Virus record (IMG/VR): IMGVR_UViG_3300032309_000245
Location: 641 to 64,640 of that record
From: a virus
Taxonomy: Duplodnaviria > Caudoviricetes
Reading direction: 5' to 3' (one strand)
Length of the DNA stretch: 64,000 bases
Both the position numbers and the translations under genes were made by a program. Positions 25,655 to 34,428 of this stretch are shown here, one piece after another (the stretch's first letter is position 1; each line of letters starts with the position of its first letter). The notes beneath the pieces are model-generated. The model was not told where the DNA came from. It searched no databases and saw only the letters and a program-made list of their open reading frames with translations.

Positions 25655-26566
25655 ATGGCCCTTGGGTTCGGGCTTGCCCTAACAAGCTACAGGAAAGCCG
25701 CTGGCGGTGGTGGCGGCACCCAGAAAGCTATTTTTGGGTATGGAGATCCCTTTACCGCAATAACTAATTTAGTTAGTAATGCAGGGGTTGTTGCAACGAA
25801 CACTACTGGCGTAGGCACGGTTAGGCGAAGATTGGCCGCTGCTGGTTATGGTAGCGATAAGGCTATTTTTGGTTATGGGCAGGACAATTCATTCAATTAT
25901 GTTTCTATCACCAACTTAGTCAGTAATACCGGCGTAGTTGCTACAGACACCACAGGCGTTGGCACTGGTAGGAGTGTTTTAGCAGCGGCTGGTTACGGCG
26001 GCGATAAGGCCATATTTGGTTATGGAGACACCGGATCAAATACTGCTATAACTAATTTGGTCAGCAACACCGGAGTAGTTGCTACAGACACCGCAGGTGT
26101 TGGTACCGCTAGACGGGAGTTAGCCGCTGCTGGTTATGGTACGGATAAAGCAATATTTGGGTATGGCACGGGGCCAACAGCAGTAACCAACTTAGTCAGC
26201 AACACTGGGGTTGTAGCAACGGATACCACTGGTGTTGGTACCGCTAGACCCGCACTAGCAGCCGCTGGATATGGCACAGATAAGGCTATTTTTGGTTACG
26301 GGTATTCTGGCGGTGCAGTGTCTATAACCAATTTAGTTAGTAACGCGGGGGTTGTTTCAACTGACACAACTGGTGTTGGCACAGCCCGATATGGCCTCGC
26401 CGCTGCCGGTTATGGTGGCGATAAAGCTATTTTCGGTTACGGAACTACTGGTTCTAATACTGCCATAACTAATCTGGTTAGTAGCACTGGGGTTGTAGCA
26501 ACGGATACTGCTGGGGTAGGTACGGCAAGGCAATACCTCGCCGCAGCAGGGTATTCCCTAACTTAA
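25655..26566 (+). CDS. Six-repeat (kelch/beta-propeller-like) protein A
   Basis: Six repeats of about 46 aa: KAIFGYG-x-TNLVSNTGVVATDTTGVGTAR-xx-LAAAGYG. Confidence 0.8.
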   Translation: MALGFGLALTSYRKAAGGGGGTQKAIFGYGDPFTAITNLVSNAGVVATNTTGVGTVRRRLAAAGYGSDKAIFGYGQDNSFNYVSITNLVSNTGVVATDTTGVGTGRSVLAAAGYGGDKAIFGYGDTGSNTAITNLVSNTGVVATDTAGVGTARRELAAAGYGTDKAIFGYGTGPTAVTNLVSNTGVVATDTTGVGTARPALAAAGYGTDKAIFGYGYSGGAVSITNLVSNAGVVSTDTTGVGTARYGLAAAGYGGDKAIFGYGTTGSNTAITNLVSSTGVVATDTAGVGTARQYLAAAGYSLT

Positions 26567-26570
26567 AGTC

Positions 26571-27506
26571 ATGGCACTAGGTTTTGGATTAGCACTGACA
26601 AGTTACCGAAAAGCCGCTGGCGGGGGTGGTGGGGGTGGCGGCACGCAGAAGGCTATATTTGGGTTTGGGTATAGTTCAAGTGTTACTGCCGTAACTAATT
26701 TAGTTAGCAGCACCGGTGTCGTTGCTACAGACACTGCTGGTGTTGGTACAGCGCGATATGGGCCAGCCGCTGCTGGTTATGGCACAGATAAAGCTATATT
26801 CGGTTATGGGTATAATGGCAGTGTTACTGTCTCAGTCACAAATTTGGTCAGTAACGCCGGGATTGTCGCAACGGATACTACTGGTGTTGGAACGGCAAGG
26901 CAGTATCTCGCCGCTGCTGGTTACGGGACCGATAAAGCTATTTTTGGGTATGGAGATACCGGAACAAATACTGCAATAACCAATCTTATTAGCAACACTG
27001 GAGTTGTTGCAACCAATACTGCCGGAGTTGGTTCGGCCAGAAATGCGCTTGCCGCATCGGGATATGGTGGTGATAAAGCCATATTTGGCTATGGAGATAC
27101 CGGTTCAAAGACTGCTGTAACCAACCTAGTCAGCAATACCGGAGTAGTTGCTACAGACACTACTGGCGTTGGTTCTGCTCGATTTAGATTAGCCGCTGCC
27201 GGTTATGGAACAGATAAAGCGATATTTGGTTATGGGGATTTGTCTTCTTTTGTTTATACATCTATAACCAATCTTGTTAGCAATACCGGCGTAGTTGCCA
27301 CTGACACCGCCGGTGTTGGTACCTCTAGGATGTATTTAGCAGCGGCGGGCTACGGTGGTGATAAGGCCATATTTGGTTATGGGTATGCTGGTTTTGCAAT
27401 TTCTAGCACTAATTTAGTTAGCAACACCGGAGTTGTTGCCACTGACACCGCCGTTGTTGGTACGGCTCGATGGTCGTTAGCCGCAGCAGGTTACTCACTT
27501 ACTTAA
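26571..27506 (+). CDS. Six-repeat (kelch/beta-propeller-like) protein B, paralog of A
   Basis: Same N-terminal leader, the same six repeats and the same C-terminus AAAGYSLT. Confidence 0.8.
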   Translation: MALGFGLALTSYRKAAGGGGGGGGTQKAIFGFGYSSSVTAVTNLVSSTGVVATDTAGVGTARYGPAAAGYGTDKAIFGYGYNGSVTVSVTNLVSNAGIVATDTTGVGTARQYLAAAGYGTDKAIFGYGDTGTNTAITNLISNTGVVATNTAGVGSARNALAASGYGGDKAIFGYGDTGSKTAVTNLVSNTGVVATDTTGVGSARFRLAAAGYGTDKAIFGYGDLSSFVYTSITNLVSNTGVVATDTAGVGTSRMYLAAAGYGGDKAIFGYGYAGFAISSTNLVSNTGVVATDTAVVGTARWSLAAAGYSLT

Positions 27507-27511
27507 AACCA

Positions 27512-28123
27512 ATGGCATCAAACTTAAATTCAGAGTTCAACTATCGCTACCAAGTTATGGGTAGCACCCCTTGGGAGAAGCTCAAGCATTTGCAGAACTT
27601 CCTTGTGGGCAGGAAACGCGCTGCCGTTCTGGAGCAGTGCTCGCAGTTGAAGCACCAAGCCAAGCTGGAAGAGTTAAAGCATCTCAAGGAAGTCCCGGCG
27701 CTGCCGCACATCATCTTGAACCTGCAAGCAGAGATTCTTGAACTTGAGTCGCACTTGGATGATCAGGCCCATGCGTTCCGGCTCAACCGCACCGAGATCG
27801 CCATACTGGAAAAACTGATTGCTGAGTTGTACGCCGAAGTGGAGCCAACCCGACTCAAGCACCCGGATGGCACCCCGTACACTGACGATGAGATGTTTGA
27901 GGCAAACGCCAACTTTGAATTCACCGTCATGATCACGCGGGAAATTCAAGCAGAGATTATTGCCAACGAACGACCCAGCCCTGCCAAGCTGCTTAATGCC
28001 ATGAGTAACCCACAAACCCTTGAAGCATTGCAGCAAGCGGGTATACTACCGAAAGAGATTGTGCCGATCACTTATCAGACTCCGGCACTGCAATTGGCTG
28101 CTCCCACTTTGATGGTGAAGTGA
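27512..28123 (+). CDS. Hypothetical coiled-coil protein
   Basis: Start reassigned to MASNLNSEF, directly after propeller B. Confidence 0.7.
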   Translation: MASNLNSEFNYRYQVMGSTPWEKLKHLQNFLVGRKRAAVLEQCSQLKHQAKLEELKHLKEVPALPHIILNLQAEILELESHLDDQAHAFRLNRTEIAILEKLIAELYAEVEPTRLKHPDGTPYTDDEMFEANANFEFTVMITREIQAEIIANERPSPAKLLNAMSNPQTLEALQQAGILPKEIVPITYQTPALQLAAPTLMVK

Positions 28124-28329
28124 TGATTGACCAAACTCCCCCTACGCCGGAGCAGCTTGCACAAGCAAGGGAATCAGCTTTGGCCGCGCAACATCCTGAC
28201 TCTTGGGTTTGGGATGAAGATGCAGTTAGTTGGGTAGCACCCGTTGCAGCACCTGCCGATGGGTTTCCTTATTTGTGGGACGAAGCGGCTAAAAGCTGGA
28301 CGCCGTTCCCAAATTACCCAAGGAACTAA
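28120..28329 (+). CDS. Trp/Pro-rich small protein (fibre-assembly-like)
   Basis: HPDSWVWDE...WVAPV..P.DG..YLWDE...W. Confidence 0.65.
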   Translation: MMIDQTPPTPEQLAQARESALAAQHPDSWVWDEDAVSWVAPVAAPADGFPYLWDEAAKSWTPFPNYPRN

Positions 28330-28330
28330 A

Positions 28331-28576
28331 ATGGCTAAGTCCCCTGCATGGCAGCGCAAAGAAGGGAAGAACCCTGCCGGTGGTTTAAACGCCAAGGGCA
28401 GGGCATCAGCCAAGGCGCAAGGCATGGATCTCAAACCTCCCCAGCCTGAAGGGGGTTCGCGCAAGAAGTCATTCTGCGCCAGAATGTCAGGCATGAAGAA
28501 GAAGTTGACTTCTGCTAAAACCGCAAACGATCCAGATTCTCGTATTAACAAGAGCCTTCGGGCATGGAAGTGCTAA
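28331..28576 (+). CDS. Small basic conserved phage protein (DUF6321-like)
   Basis: MAKSPAWQRKEGKNPAGGLNAKGRAS...RKKSFCARM...SLRAWKC; start reassigned (AAGGA RBS). Confidence 0.8.
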   Translation: MAKSPAWQRKEGKNPAGGLNAKGRASAKAQGMDLKPPQPEGGSRKKSFCARMSGMKKKLTSAKTANDPDSRINKSLRAWKC

Positions 28577-28813
28577 GTGGAAGCCCAGCTTTGGAATGTA
28601 ATTTTATCGGTTGCCACTGGTGCGATTGGCTTTATCGTGAAGAATCTGTTCGACGAATTAAAGCGTATTCAAATTCTTGTCAACCGAACACGTGAAGAGT
28701 TACCGAAAGAGTATGTAACCAGAGCGCAACTTGACGCAGATATTAGGCTTATCTTTGACAGACTTGACCGTCTTGAAGTTAAAATTGATAAGCTGATGGA
28801 AAAGCACAACTAA
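28577..28813 (+). CDS. Small membrane-anchored coiled-coil protein
   Basis: N-terminal hydrophobic helix, then LPKEYVTR...LDRLEVKIDKL. Confidence 0.7.
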   Translation: MEAQLWNVILSVATGAIGFIVKNLFDELKRIQILVNRTREELPKEYVTRAQLDADIRLIFDRLDRLEVKIDKLMEKHN

Positions 28814-28827
28814 CCAAAGGATCAATC

Positions 28828-29166
28828 ATGGCAAAGGGACGTAGAACAGCAGCATTAGCCGGACTCGCTACCGGTTTGTCGATGGACGACAACGAAAAAA
28901 GACAAACCCTAAAAAACTTGGGTTCAGCGGCGGATTTAGGTATCAGCGCCGCTACTGACTTTGTTAAAAATCCAGCTAAATTTATCAGCGAAGTAGGTGA
29001 ACCAGTAAAAAAACTTAGCCGTGAAGAAACGCAAGCGTATTATGACAGTAAAAAATCTGGCATGAAAAAAGGCGGGATGGTCAAAAAGATGGCTAAAGGC
29101 GGGTCGGCCTCTTCTCGTGGTGACGGCTGTGCTCAGCGTGGCAAGACCCGAGGGAAGTTCGTCTAA
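28828..29166 (+). CDS. Small basic KGG-motif protein
   Basis: MKKGGMVKKMAKGG...SRGDGCAQRGKTRG. Confidence 0.75.
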   Translation: MAKGRRTAALAGLATGLSMDDNEKRQTLKNLGSAADLGISAATDFVKNPAKFISEVGEPVKKLSREETQAYYDSKKSGMKKGGMVKKMAKGGSASSRGDGCAQRGKTRGKFV

Positions 29167-29570
29167 TGCCTTCCGTTAGCAAGAAGCAGCATTATTTTAT
29201 GGAAGCTGTGGCTCATAACCCAGCGTTTGCTAGAAAAGCTGGTGTTCCCCAGTCTGTTGGTAAAGAGTTTGCAGCGGCTGATAAAGGCCATAAATTTTCA
29301 AAAGGTGGTGATGTGAAAAAGAAAATGACGATGCCTATGGGCGCAGGTGCTCCTATGCGTAAGCCGATGCCTCCCGCTATGCCTGCGGGCGGTGGAATGG
29401 CTCCTCCTATGCCTCCGGGCGGTGGCGCTCCTCCGATGGGCATGAAGAAAGGCGGCGCTACAAAGAAAATGGCTTCTGGTGGTTCGGCTTCCAGCCGTGC
29501 CGATGGTATTGCTCAAAAAGGCAAAACCAAAGGTACGCAGGTTCGGATGGCTGGCGGCGGCAAGTGCTGA
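29166..29570 (+). CDS. Small basic KGG-motif protein
   Basis: MPSVSKKQH N-terminus; FSKGG, MKKGG, MASGG; SRADGIAQKGKTKG. Confidence 0.75.
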   Translation: MPSVSKKQHYFMEAVAHNPAFARKAGVPQSVGKEFAAADKGHKFSKGGDVKKKMTMPMGAGAPMRKPMPPAMPAGGGMAPPMPPGGGAPPMGMKKGGATKKMASGGSASSRADGIAQKGKTKGTQVRMAGGGKC

Positions 29571-29571
29571 G

Positions 29572-29823
29572 ATGATGCCAAGCCGTGGGATGGGCGATAT
29601 TCGCCCGTCCAAGATGCCCAAAGCCAAGACGGTTGTTCGCAAAGACAACCCGAACGACGTTGAGGTATACAAAAAAGGTGGCCCTGTTGGCTTGTACGCC
29701 AATATCCATGCTAAACAGCAACGCATCAAAGCAGGATCTGGCGAGAAGATGCGCAAGCCCGGATCTAAAGGCGCGCCTTCTAAACAAGACTTTATTAAGT
29801 CTGCTAAAACGGCGAAAAAATAA
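29572..29823 (+). CDS. Small basic KGG-motif protein
   Basis: Start reassigned to MMPSRGMG; YKKGG then GLYANIHAK...MRKPGSKGAP. Confidence 0.75.
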   Translation: MMPSRGMGDIRPSKMPKAKTVVRKDNPNDVEVYKKGGPVGLYANIHAKQQRIKAGSGEKMRKPGSKGAPSKQDFIKSAKTAKK

Positions 29824-31028
29824 TGACCAGTTACGCTCCCGGTTATGCCCCTAGCTCCCCCGGCGGTAAAGGCGGAAGCGCTCCTAGTTCTCCCGGTGGG
29901 AAAGGTGGTGGTGGCGGGTATAGTCCCGGCGCTGAACCTAGTCCAGCATATGGCGGCGGCGCTCCCACTTCCCCCGGCGGTAAAGGCGGCGGTCCTAGCA
30001 CATTCAATAGTTTTCCTGATCCCAGAATGGGACGGGGGGCTTCCCCCGGCGGAAAAGGCGGCGGTGGCTACGGCCCTGACGACCGCTTTATGCCACAACA
30101 ACAGTATCAGCAGCCGTTCCAACAGCAGTTCGGTCAACAGCAACCCCAGCGTCCGGCTTTCTTAGATAATCCTGAGTATCAAGGGTATCAAAAGCAGGCT
30201 CAAGATTTGAATAACCAACTGAACGATTACACAAAGCAGTCTCCGATATTTCAGCAGTTGCAGGATCTACAGGGCAAACTGCGCGGGTTTGAAAGTCCGC
30301 AGCAACAACAAACATCCTTGCCACCGGGGACTATGGTCGCTCTGTCACGAGAAGAAGCACAACGGCTAAATCAAGCACAACAAACACAACAGTCGCCTAA
30401 CGCAGGATATGGCGAGGTCCGCGCGGCAGTTATGCCGGAAGGTTACGCTACTACAATGCCGGTAGATGACAGCGGCATGGGGCGGGGGGAATATCAAGGC
30501 ATGTCTCAAGACGAGCGTATCCATGCACAGAAATACGGTATGCCTTCCACGCAAAACCCAAACGTACTTTACACGCCCGATCATTATCAACAACGAATGC
30601 TAGAGAACAACCGGCGGGTCATGCAACAAACGCCGCAGGAGCGGCAGCGCATTCAACAGGAACTTATGGTTAACCCGTTGAACGGGAATCAACAGCCGCG
30701 CGGAATGACTATGGACATGCCGCAACGATACGGCAGACAGCAACAACTGCCACAGTACGGCCAAAGCGGGCTTGGGATTTCGCAACTTGGCAACATGGCT
30801 AATATGCTCAGGGGTAACCCGATGCAGCGGATGCAACAGCCGCAACAGAACCAATACCAAAGCCAACTACAAGCCGCACAACAATTTAATATGCAGCGCG
30901 CTAATATGGCAAACCAACAGCAGCGGCAACTCGCGCAGCAGTATCAGCGGCAGCAATCACAAATGTCGGCACGCAAGGCTCTTGAGCAAGCGCAAGGGCA
31001 ATATGACTTTGGTTCAGGTGCGGGTTAA
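29823..31028 (+). CDS. Low-complexity G/P/Q-rich protein with SPGGKGG repeats
   Basis: 401 aa, coupled to both neighbours; four SPGGKGG repeats followed by a Q/M-rich region. Confidence 0.75.
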   Translation: MTSYAPGYAPSSPGGKGGSAPSSPGGKGGGGGYSPGAEPSPAYGGGAPTSPGGKGGGPSTFNSFPDPRMGRGASPGGKGGGGYGPDDRFMPQQQYQQPFQQQFGQQQPQRPAFLDNPEYQGYQKQAQDLNNQLNDYTKQSPIFQQLQDLQGKLRGFESPQQQQTSLPPGTMVALSREEAQRLNQAQQTQQSPNAGYGEVRAAVMPEGYATTMPVDDSGMGRGEYQGMSQDERIHAQKYGMPSTQNPNVLYTPDHYQQRMLENNRRVMQQTPQERQRIQQELMVNPLNGNQQPRGMTMDMPQRYGRQQQLPQYGQSGLGISQLGNMANMLRGNPMQRMQQPQQNQYQSQLQAAQQFNMQRANMANQQQRQLAQQYQRQQSQMSARKALEQAQGQYDFGSGAG

Positions 31029-31030
31029 CA

Positions 31031-31954
31031 ATGGCATACACTACTGGCCTTGCTACGTTTGATCTTGACCTCAATGATCTCATTGAGGAGGCGTACGAGC
31101 GCGCCGGTATTGAGGTGCGTTCTGGCTATGAGTTTCGTACGGCACGTCGCTCACTGAACCTACTAACTATTGAGTGGGCTAATAGAGGTATAAACCTCTG
31201 GACGATTCAAGAAGGCCAGATCGCACTAAACTCTGGGCAGCTTATTTATCCTCTGCCAGCAGATACGATTGACCTACTAGATCACGTTATTCGCCAAAAC
31301 ACCGCGTCATCTAGCAATCAGACCGACATCAACATCAGCAGGATTTCAGAGTCCACGTACTCCACGATCCCCAACAAGTTGACCCAAGGGCGGCCTATTC
31401 AGGTCTGGGTTAACCGGCAAACAGCTCAGACAAACGCTACAACTGTTACGCTTAGCAGCACGATAACTAGCGCTGGCACAAATATCACTGTTAGCAGTGT
31501 GTCTAATTTAACAACCACTGGGTTTGTGAAGATTGATTCAGAAACCATCAGCTACACAAATATTGTTGGCAACACTCTTACCAATTGCTGGCGGGGGCAG
31601 AACGGTACTACGGCGGCGGCGCACACGGCTGGAGCGTCGATCTACGTTCAGAACCTCCCCTGCATCAATGTTTGGCCTTCACCTGATGCTGGTGGCAATT
31701 ATACTTTTGTGTACTGGAGGCTTCGTCGCCTTCAGGATGCTGGGAATGGCGTAAACGTAGAAGACATTCCGTTCCGGCTAGTGCCTTGCATGGTAGCTGG
31801 AATGGCGTTCTATATTGCCATGAAACGCTCGGACGTTGATCCCGGTCGCGTGGCTATGTTGAAAGATGAATACGAACAGCAATGGTTGCTTGCTTCACAA
31901 GAGGATCGTGACAAAGCAGCGGATCGTTTCGTTCCTCGTCAATTGTTCTACTAA
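31031..31954 (+). CDS. Head-tail adaptor / tail tubular-like protein with an inserted beta domain
   Basis: LIEEAYER...ARRSLNLL..EWANRGINLW...WPSPD...PFRLVPCMVAG. Confidence 0.7.
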   Translation: MAYTTGLATFDLDLNDLIEEAYERAGIEVRSGYEFRTARRSLNLLTIEWANRGINLWTIQEGQIALNSGQLIYPLPADTIDLLDHVIRQNTASSSNQTDINISRISESTYSTIPNKLTQGRPIQVWVNRQTAQTNATTVTLSSTITSAGTNITVSSVSNLTTTGFVKIDSETISYTNIVGNTLTNCWRGQNGTTAAAHTAGASIYVQNLPCINVWPSPDAGGNYTFVYWRLRRLQDAGNGVNVEDIPFRLVPCMVAGMAFYIAMKRSDVDPGRVAMLKDEYEQQWLLASQEDRDKAADRFVPRQLFY

Positions 31955-31956
31955 TC

Positions 31957-32346
31957 ATGCCGTCAAAGTTTGCATCAGGCAAATATTCGATTGCGGAGTG
32001 TGACCGATGTGGGCAACGGTATAAACTCAAAGAACTGAAGAAAGAGGTCATCAAGACCAAGCTCTTCAACATTAAAGTTTGTCCCACGTGTTGGGACCCA
32101 GATCAACCTCAGTTATCTCTCGGTCTGTATCCAGTCAATGATCCGCAAGCAGTTCGTGAACCCAGACCTGATGTGAGTTATACGTTATCTGGGACTTTAA
32201 ACGATGGGTATCCCGGTGGCGGCAGTAGGATTTTTCAGTGGGGATGGAATCCAGTCGGTGGGGCTAGTGCGTTTGACACGTTACTAACTCCAAATAATTT
32301 GGTTTTGCAGGTGCAATTGGGTACAGTAACGGTTGTGGTTTCATAA
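31957..32346 (+). CDS. Zinc-finger (CxxC..CxxC) virion-module protein
   Basis: ECDRCG...VCPTCWDPDQPQL...DPQAVREPRPD. Confidence 0.75.
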   Translation: MPSKFASGKYSIAECDRCGQRYKLKELKKEVIKTKLFNIKVCPTCWDPDQPQLSLGLYPVNDPQAVREPRPDVSYTLSGTLNDGYPGGGSRIFQWGWNPVGGASAFDTLLTPNNLVLQVQLGTVTVVVS

Positions 32347-32354
32347 GGATTATC

Positions 32355-32540
32355 ATGGAAAAGTCAGATTTAGCCCAAGACAAGGCGATGATCAAAAAAG
32401 CCGTCAAGCAACATGACGCGCAAAAGCACAAGGGTAGCGGAGCTACGTCCTTGAAGCTCAAAAAGGGTGGTCCAACTACGGATGACCGCATGAAGTACGG
32501 GAAGAACATGTCCCGTGTCATGAACCAAGGTAAAAAATAA
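32355..32540 (+). CDS. Small basic KGG-motif protein
   Basis: AAGGA RBS; LKKGG motif. Confidence 0.7.
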   Translation: MEKSDLAQDKAMIKKAVKQHDAQKHKGSGATSLKLKKGGPTTDDRMKYGKNMSRVMNQGKK

Positions 32541-32809
32541 TGGCTAAGTTCAGCATGAAAAAGGGTGGCAAAGAGGTCGGCTCGGCTGATGTCTACGCAC
32601 CTCCGCACAATATGGCGGGCGGCGCAGGGACGGACTTGAGCAACAATGGCTACGGTCCCAATCCAAAACGCTCGTTGCTAGAAGATACTTCGATTGGCGT
32701 TGGTGAATTCCGTAGCAGACCATATCCAGATGTAAAAACAACTGGCATCAAAACTCGCGGCAACGGATGCGCGACTAAGGGCGTGATGGCTCGGGGACCG
32801 ATGGCGTGA
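32540..32809 (+). CDS. Small basic KGG-motif protein
   Basis: MKKGG; C-terminal TRGNGCATKG matches the RGDGCAQRG motif of the 28828 ORF. Confidence 0.7.
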   Translation: MAKFSMKKGGKEVGSADVYAPPHNMAGGAGTDLSNNGYGPNPKRSLLEDTSIGVGEFRSRPYPDVKTTGIKTRGNGCATKGVMARGPMA

Positions 32810-33468
32810 ACTATTTGGATCTTGTAACCGCTGTTCAGAACTACACGGAGAATAGCTTCGACTATTCTTCTGACCCTGTTCCGATGAATACGTTCATCAA
32901 GCAGGCGGAACAGCGCATCTACAACACGATCCAATTTCCGTCCTTGCGCAAAAACGTGACGGGGCTGACCACTACCAACAACAAGTACTTGTCTTGCCCT
33001 GCGGACTTCCTGTCTGTCTACTCGATGGCGGTATATCCAGACAACGGGGAGTACACGTACCTGCTCAACAAGGATGTTAACTTCATCCGCGAAGCGTACC
33101 CTCAGCCCACGGACACGGCCAAGCCAAAGTACTACGCGCTGTTTGGGCCGCAGTCATCGTTGCTGACCGAGTTGACCTTTATCCTTGGCCCTACGCCAGA
33201 CGCCATCTATAACGTAGAGCTACATTATTTTTATTATCCTGAGTCTATCGTCACTTCGACGACAAGCTGGCTTGGGGATAATTTTGATACGGTGCTGCTG
33301 TACGGCACGTTGGTCGAAGCCTACACGTTCATGAAGGGTGAACCGGATATGCTTCAGTTGTACGACGGCAAGTACAAAGAAGCTCTTACTCTTGCCAAAC
33401 GTCTGGGCGACGGTCTTGAGAGACAAGACGCATATCGTTCTGGTCAATACCGTGAGGCAGTGAAGTAA
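32806..33468 (+). CDS. Tail tubular protein A / head completion adaptor
   Basis: MNYLDL...FIKQAEQRI...P.DFL...GPTPD..Y.VELHY...LLYGTLVEA. Confidence 0.75.
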   Translation: MNYLDLVTAVQNYTENSFDYSSDPVPMNTFIKQAEQRIYNTIQFPSLRKNVTGLTTTNNKYLSCPADFLSVYSMAVYPDNGEYTYLLNKDVNFIREAYPQPTDTAKPKYYALFGPQSSLLTELTFILGPTPDAIYNVELHYFYYPESIVTSTTSWLGDNFDTVLLYGTLVEAYTFMKGEPDMLQLYDGKYKEALTLAKRLGDGLERQDAYRSGQYREAVK

Positions 33469-33905
33469 TGGCGTTTACCGGTAATTGGACAACCAACACG
33501 TTTCTAACCGGGCTTCCTAGCGGGACGTTCAACTTCAACACGGGCACGACGGATGTGTACAAGATTGCCTTGTATACCAACGCTGCCACGTTGGGCGCTT
33601 CCACTACCGCTTACACGAGCACGGGCGAAGTTGTTGCTGCCGGGTATACCGCTGGGGGCCAGATCCTTGTTATCAATCAAGTCCCTACGACGGGGGCAAC
33701 AGGCAGTGTTGCTTACTGGTCATTCACTAATACTTCTTGGACCGGAGCCATTACGGCTCGCGGAGCGCTAATCTATAAGTACAACGGAACCACTAACCCA
33801 GCAGTTTGCGTGCTGGACTTTGGCAACGACAAGACTTCTACTACTACATTTACTGTTCAATTCCCGGCGGCTACTAATACGTCCGCAATCATTCGTCTGG
33901 GGTAA
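33468..33905 (+). CDS. Virion structural protein
   Basis: YKIALYT...GYTAGG...TARGALIY...VLDFG.DK. Confidence 0.75.
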   Translation: MAFTGNWTTNTFLTGLPSGTFNFNTGTTDVYKIALYTNAATLGASTTAYTSTGEVVAAGYTAGGQILVINQVPTTGATGSVAYWSFTNTSWTGAITARGALIYKYNGTTNPAVCVLDFGNDKTSTTTFTVQFPAATNTSAIIRLG

Positions 33906-33907
33906 TC

Positions 33908-34426
33908 ATGGAAAACGCATTGGCATCTGGCCGCTTTCACGTTCTTTGCTATGACAAAGACGGAAACCTGAAATGGGAAGAAGGTAATAACAACTTGGTT
34001 GTTAATGCCGGTATTCAGTATATGGCTGGCGTGGCTTTAACTGGTACAACGCAAATTCTTAACGCAAGCTGGTATCTTGGGCTTGTAACGGGACCGGGGT
34101 CAGGCACTACTTTTGCCGCTGCCGACACAATGTCAAGCCATGCTGGTTGGACTGAGTTTACGGGCTACAGTCAATCAACCCGAGTTTCCCCTTCTTTTAC
34201 TGCGGCCACCAACGCAAACCCTTCGGTTGTTACCAACGCATCCCCTGCGGTGTTTAGCATTAACGCTAGTGGTACGGTTGCTGGTGCGTTCTTAACCAGC
34301 GGCAGTGCAAAATCGGGCACCTCTGGAACGCTATTTTCTGGTTCAGATTTTACCGGCGGCGACCGTACTGTTGTCAACGGCGACACTCTCAACGTAACTT
34401 ACACGTTTAGCTTAACGGCGACTTAA
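33908..34426 (+). CDS. Virion structural protein (tail fibre base-like)
   Basis: LKWEE..NNLVVN.G...GDTLNVTYTF. Confidence 0.75.
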   Translation: MENALASGRFHVLCYDKDGNLKWEEGNNNLVVNAGIQYMAGVALTGTTQILNASWYLGLVTGPGSGTTFAAADTMSSHAGWTEFTGYSQSTRVSPSFTAATNANPSVVTNASPAVFSINASGTVAGAFLTSGSAKSGTSGTLFSGSDFTGGDRTVVNGDTLNVTYTFSLTAT

Positions 34427-34428
34427 TT

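Noticed and set aside
25655-27506. Diversity-generating retroelement acting on the repeat proteins
   Set aside because: There is no reverse transcriptase in the window. Differences between repeats are mostly synonymous changes and indels, not adenine-specific substitutions between a template and a variable repeat.
29298-30143. Long antisense ORFs (for example 29298-30143, 22364-22981, 39426-40067, 7562-8179)
   Set aside because: They are shadows of real genes on the opposite strand in low-complexity or codon-biased sequence, with no RBS or recognisable motifs.
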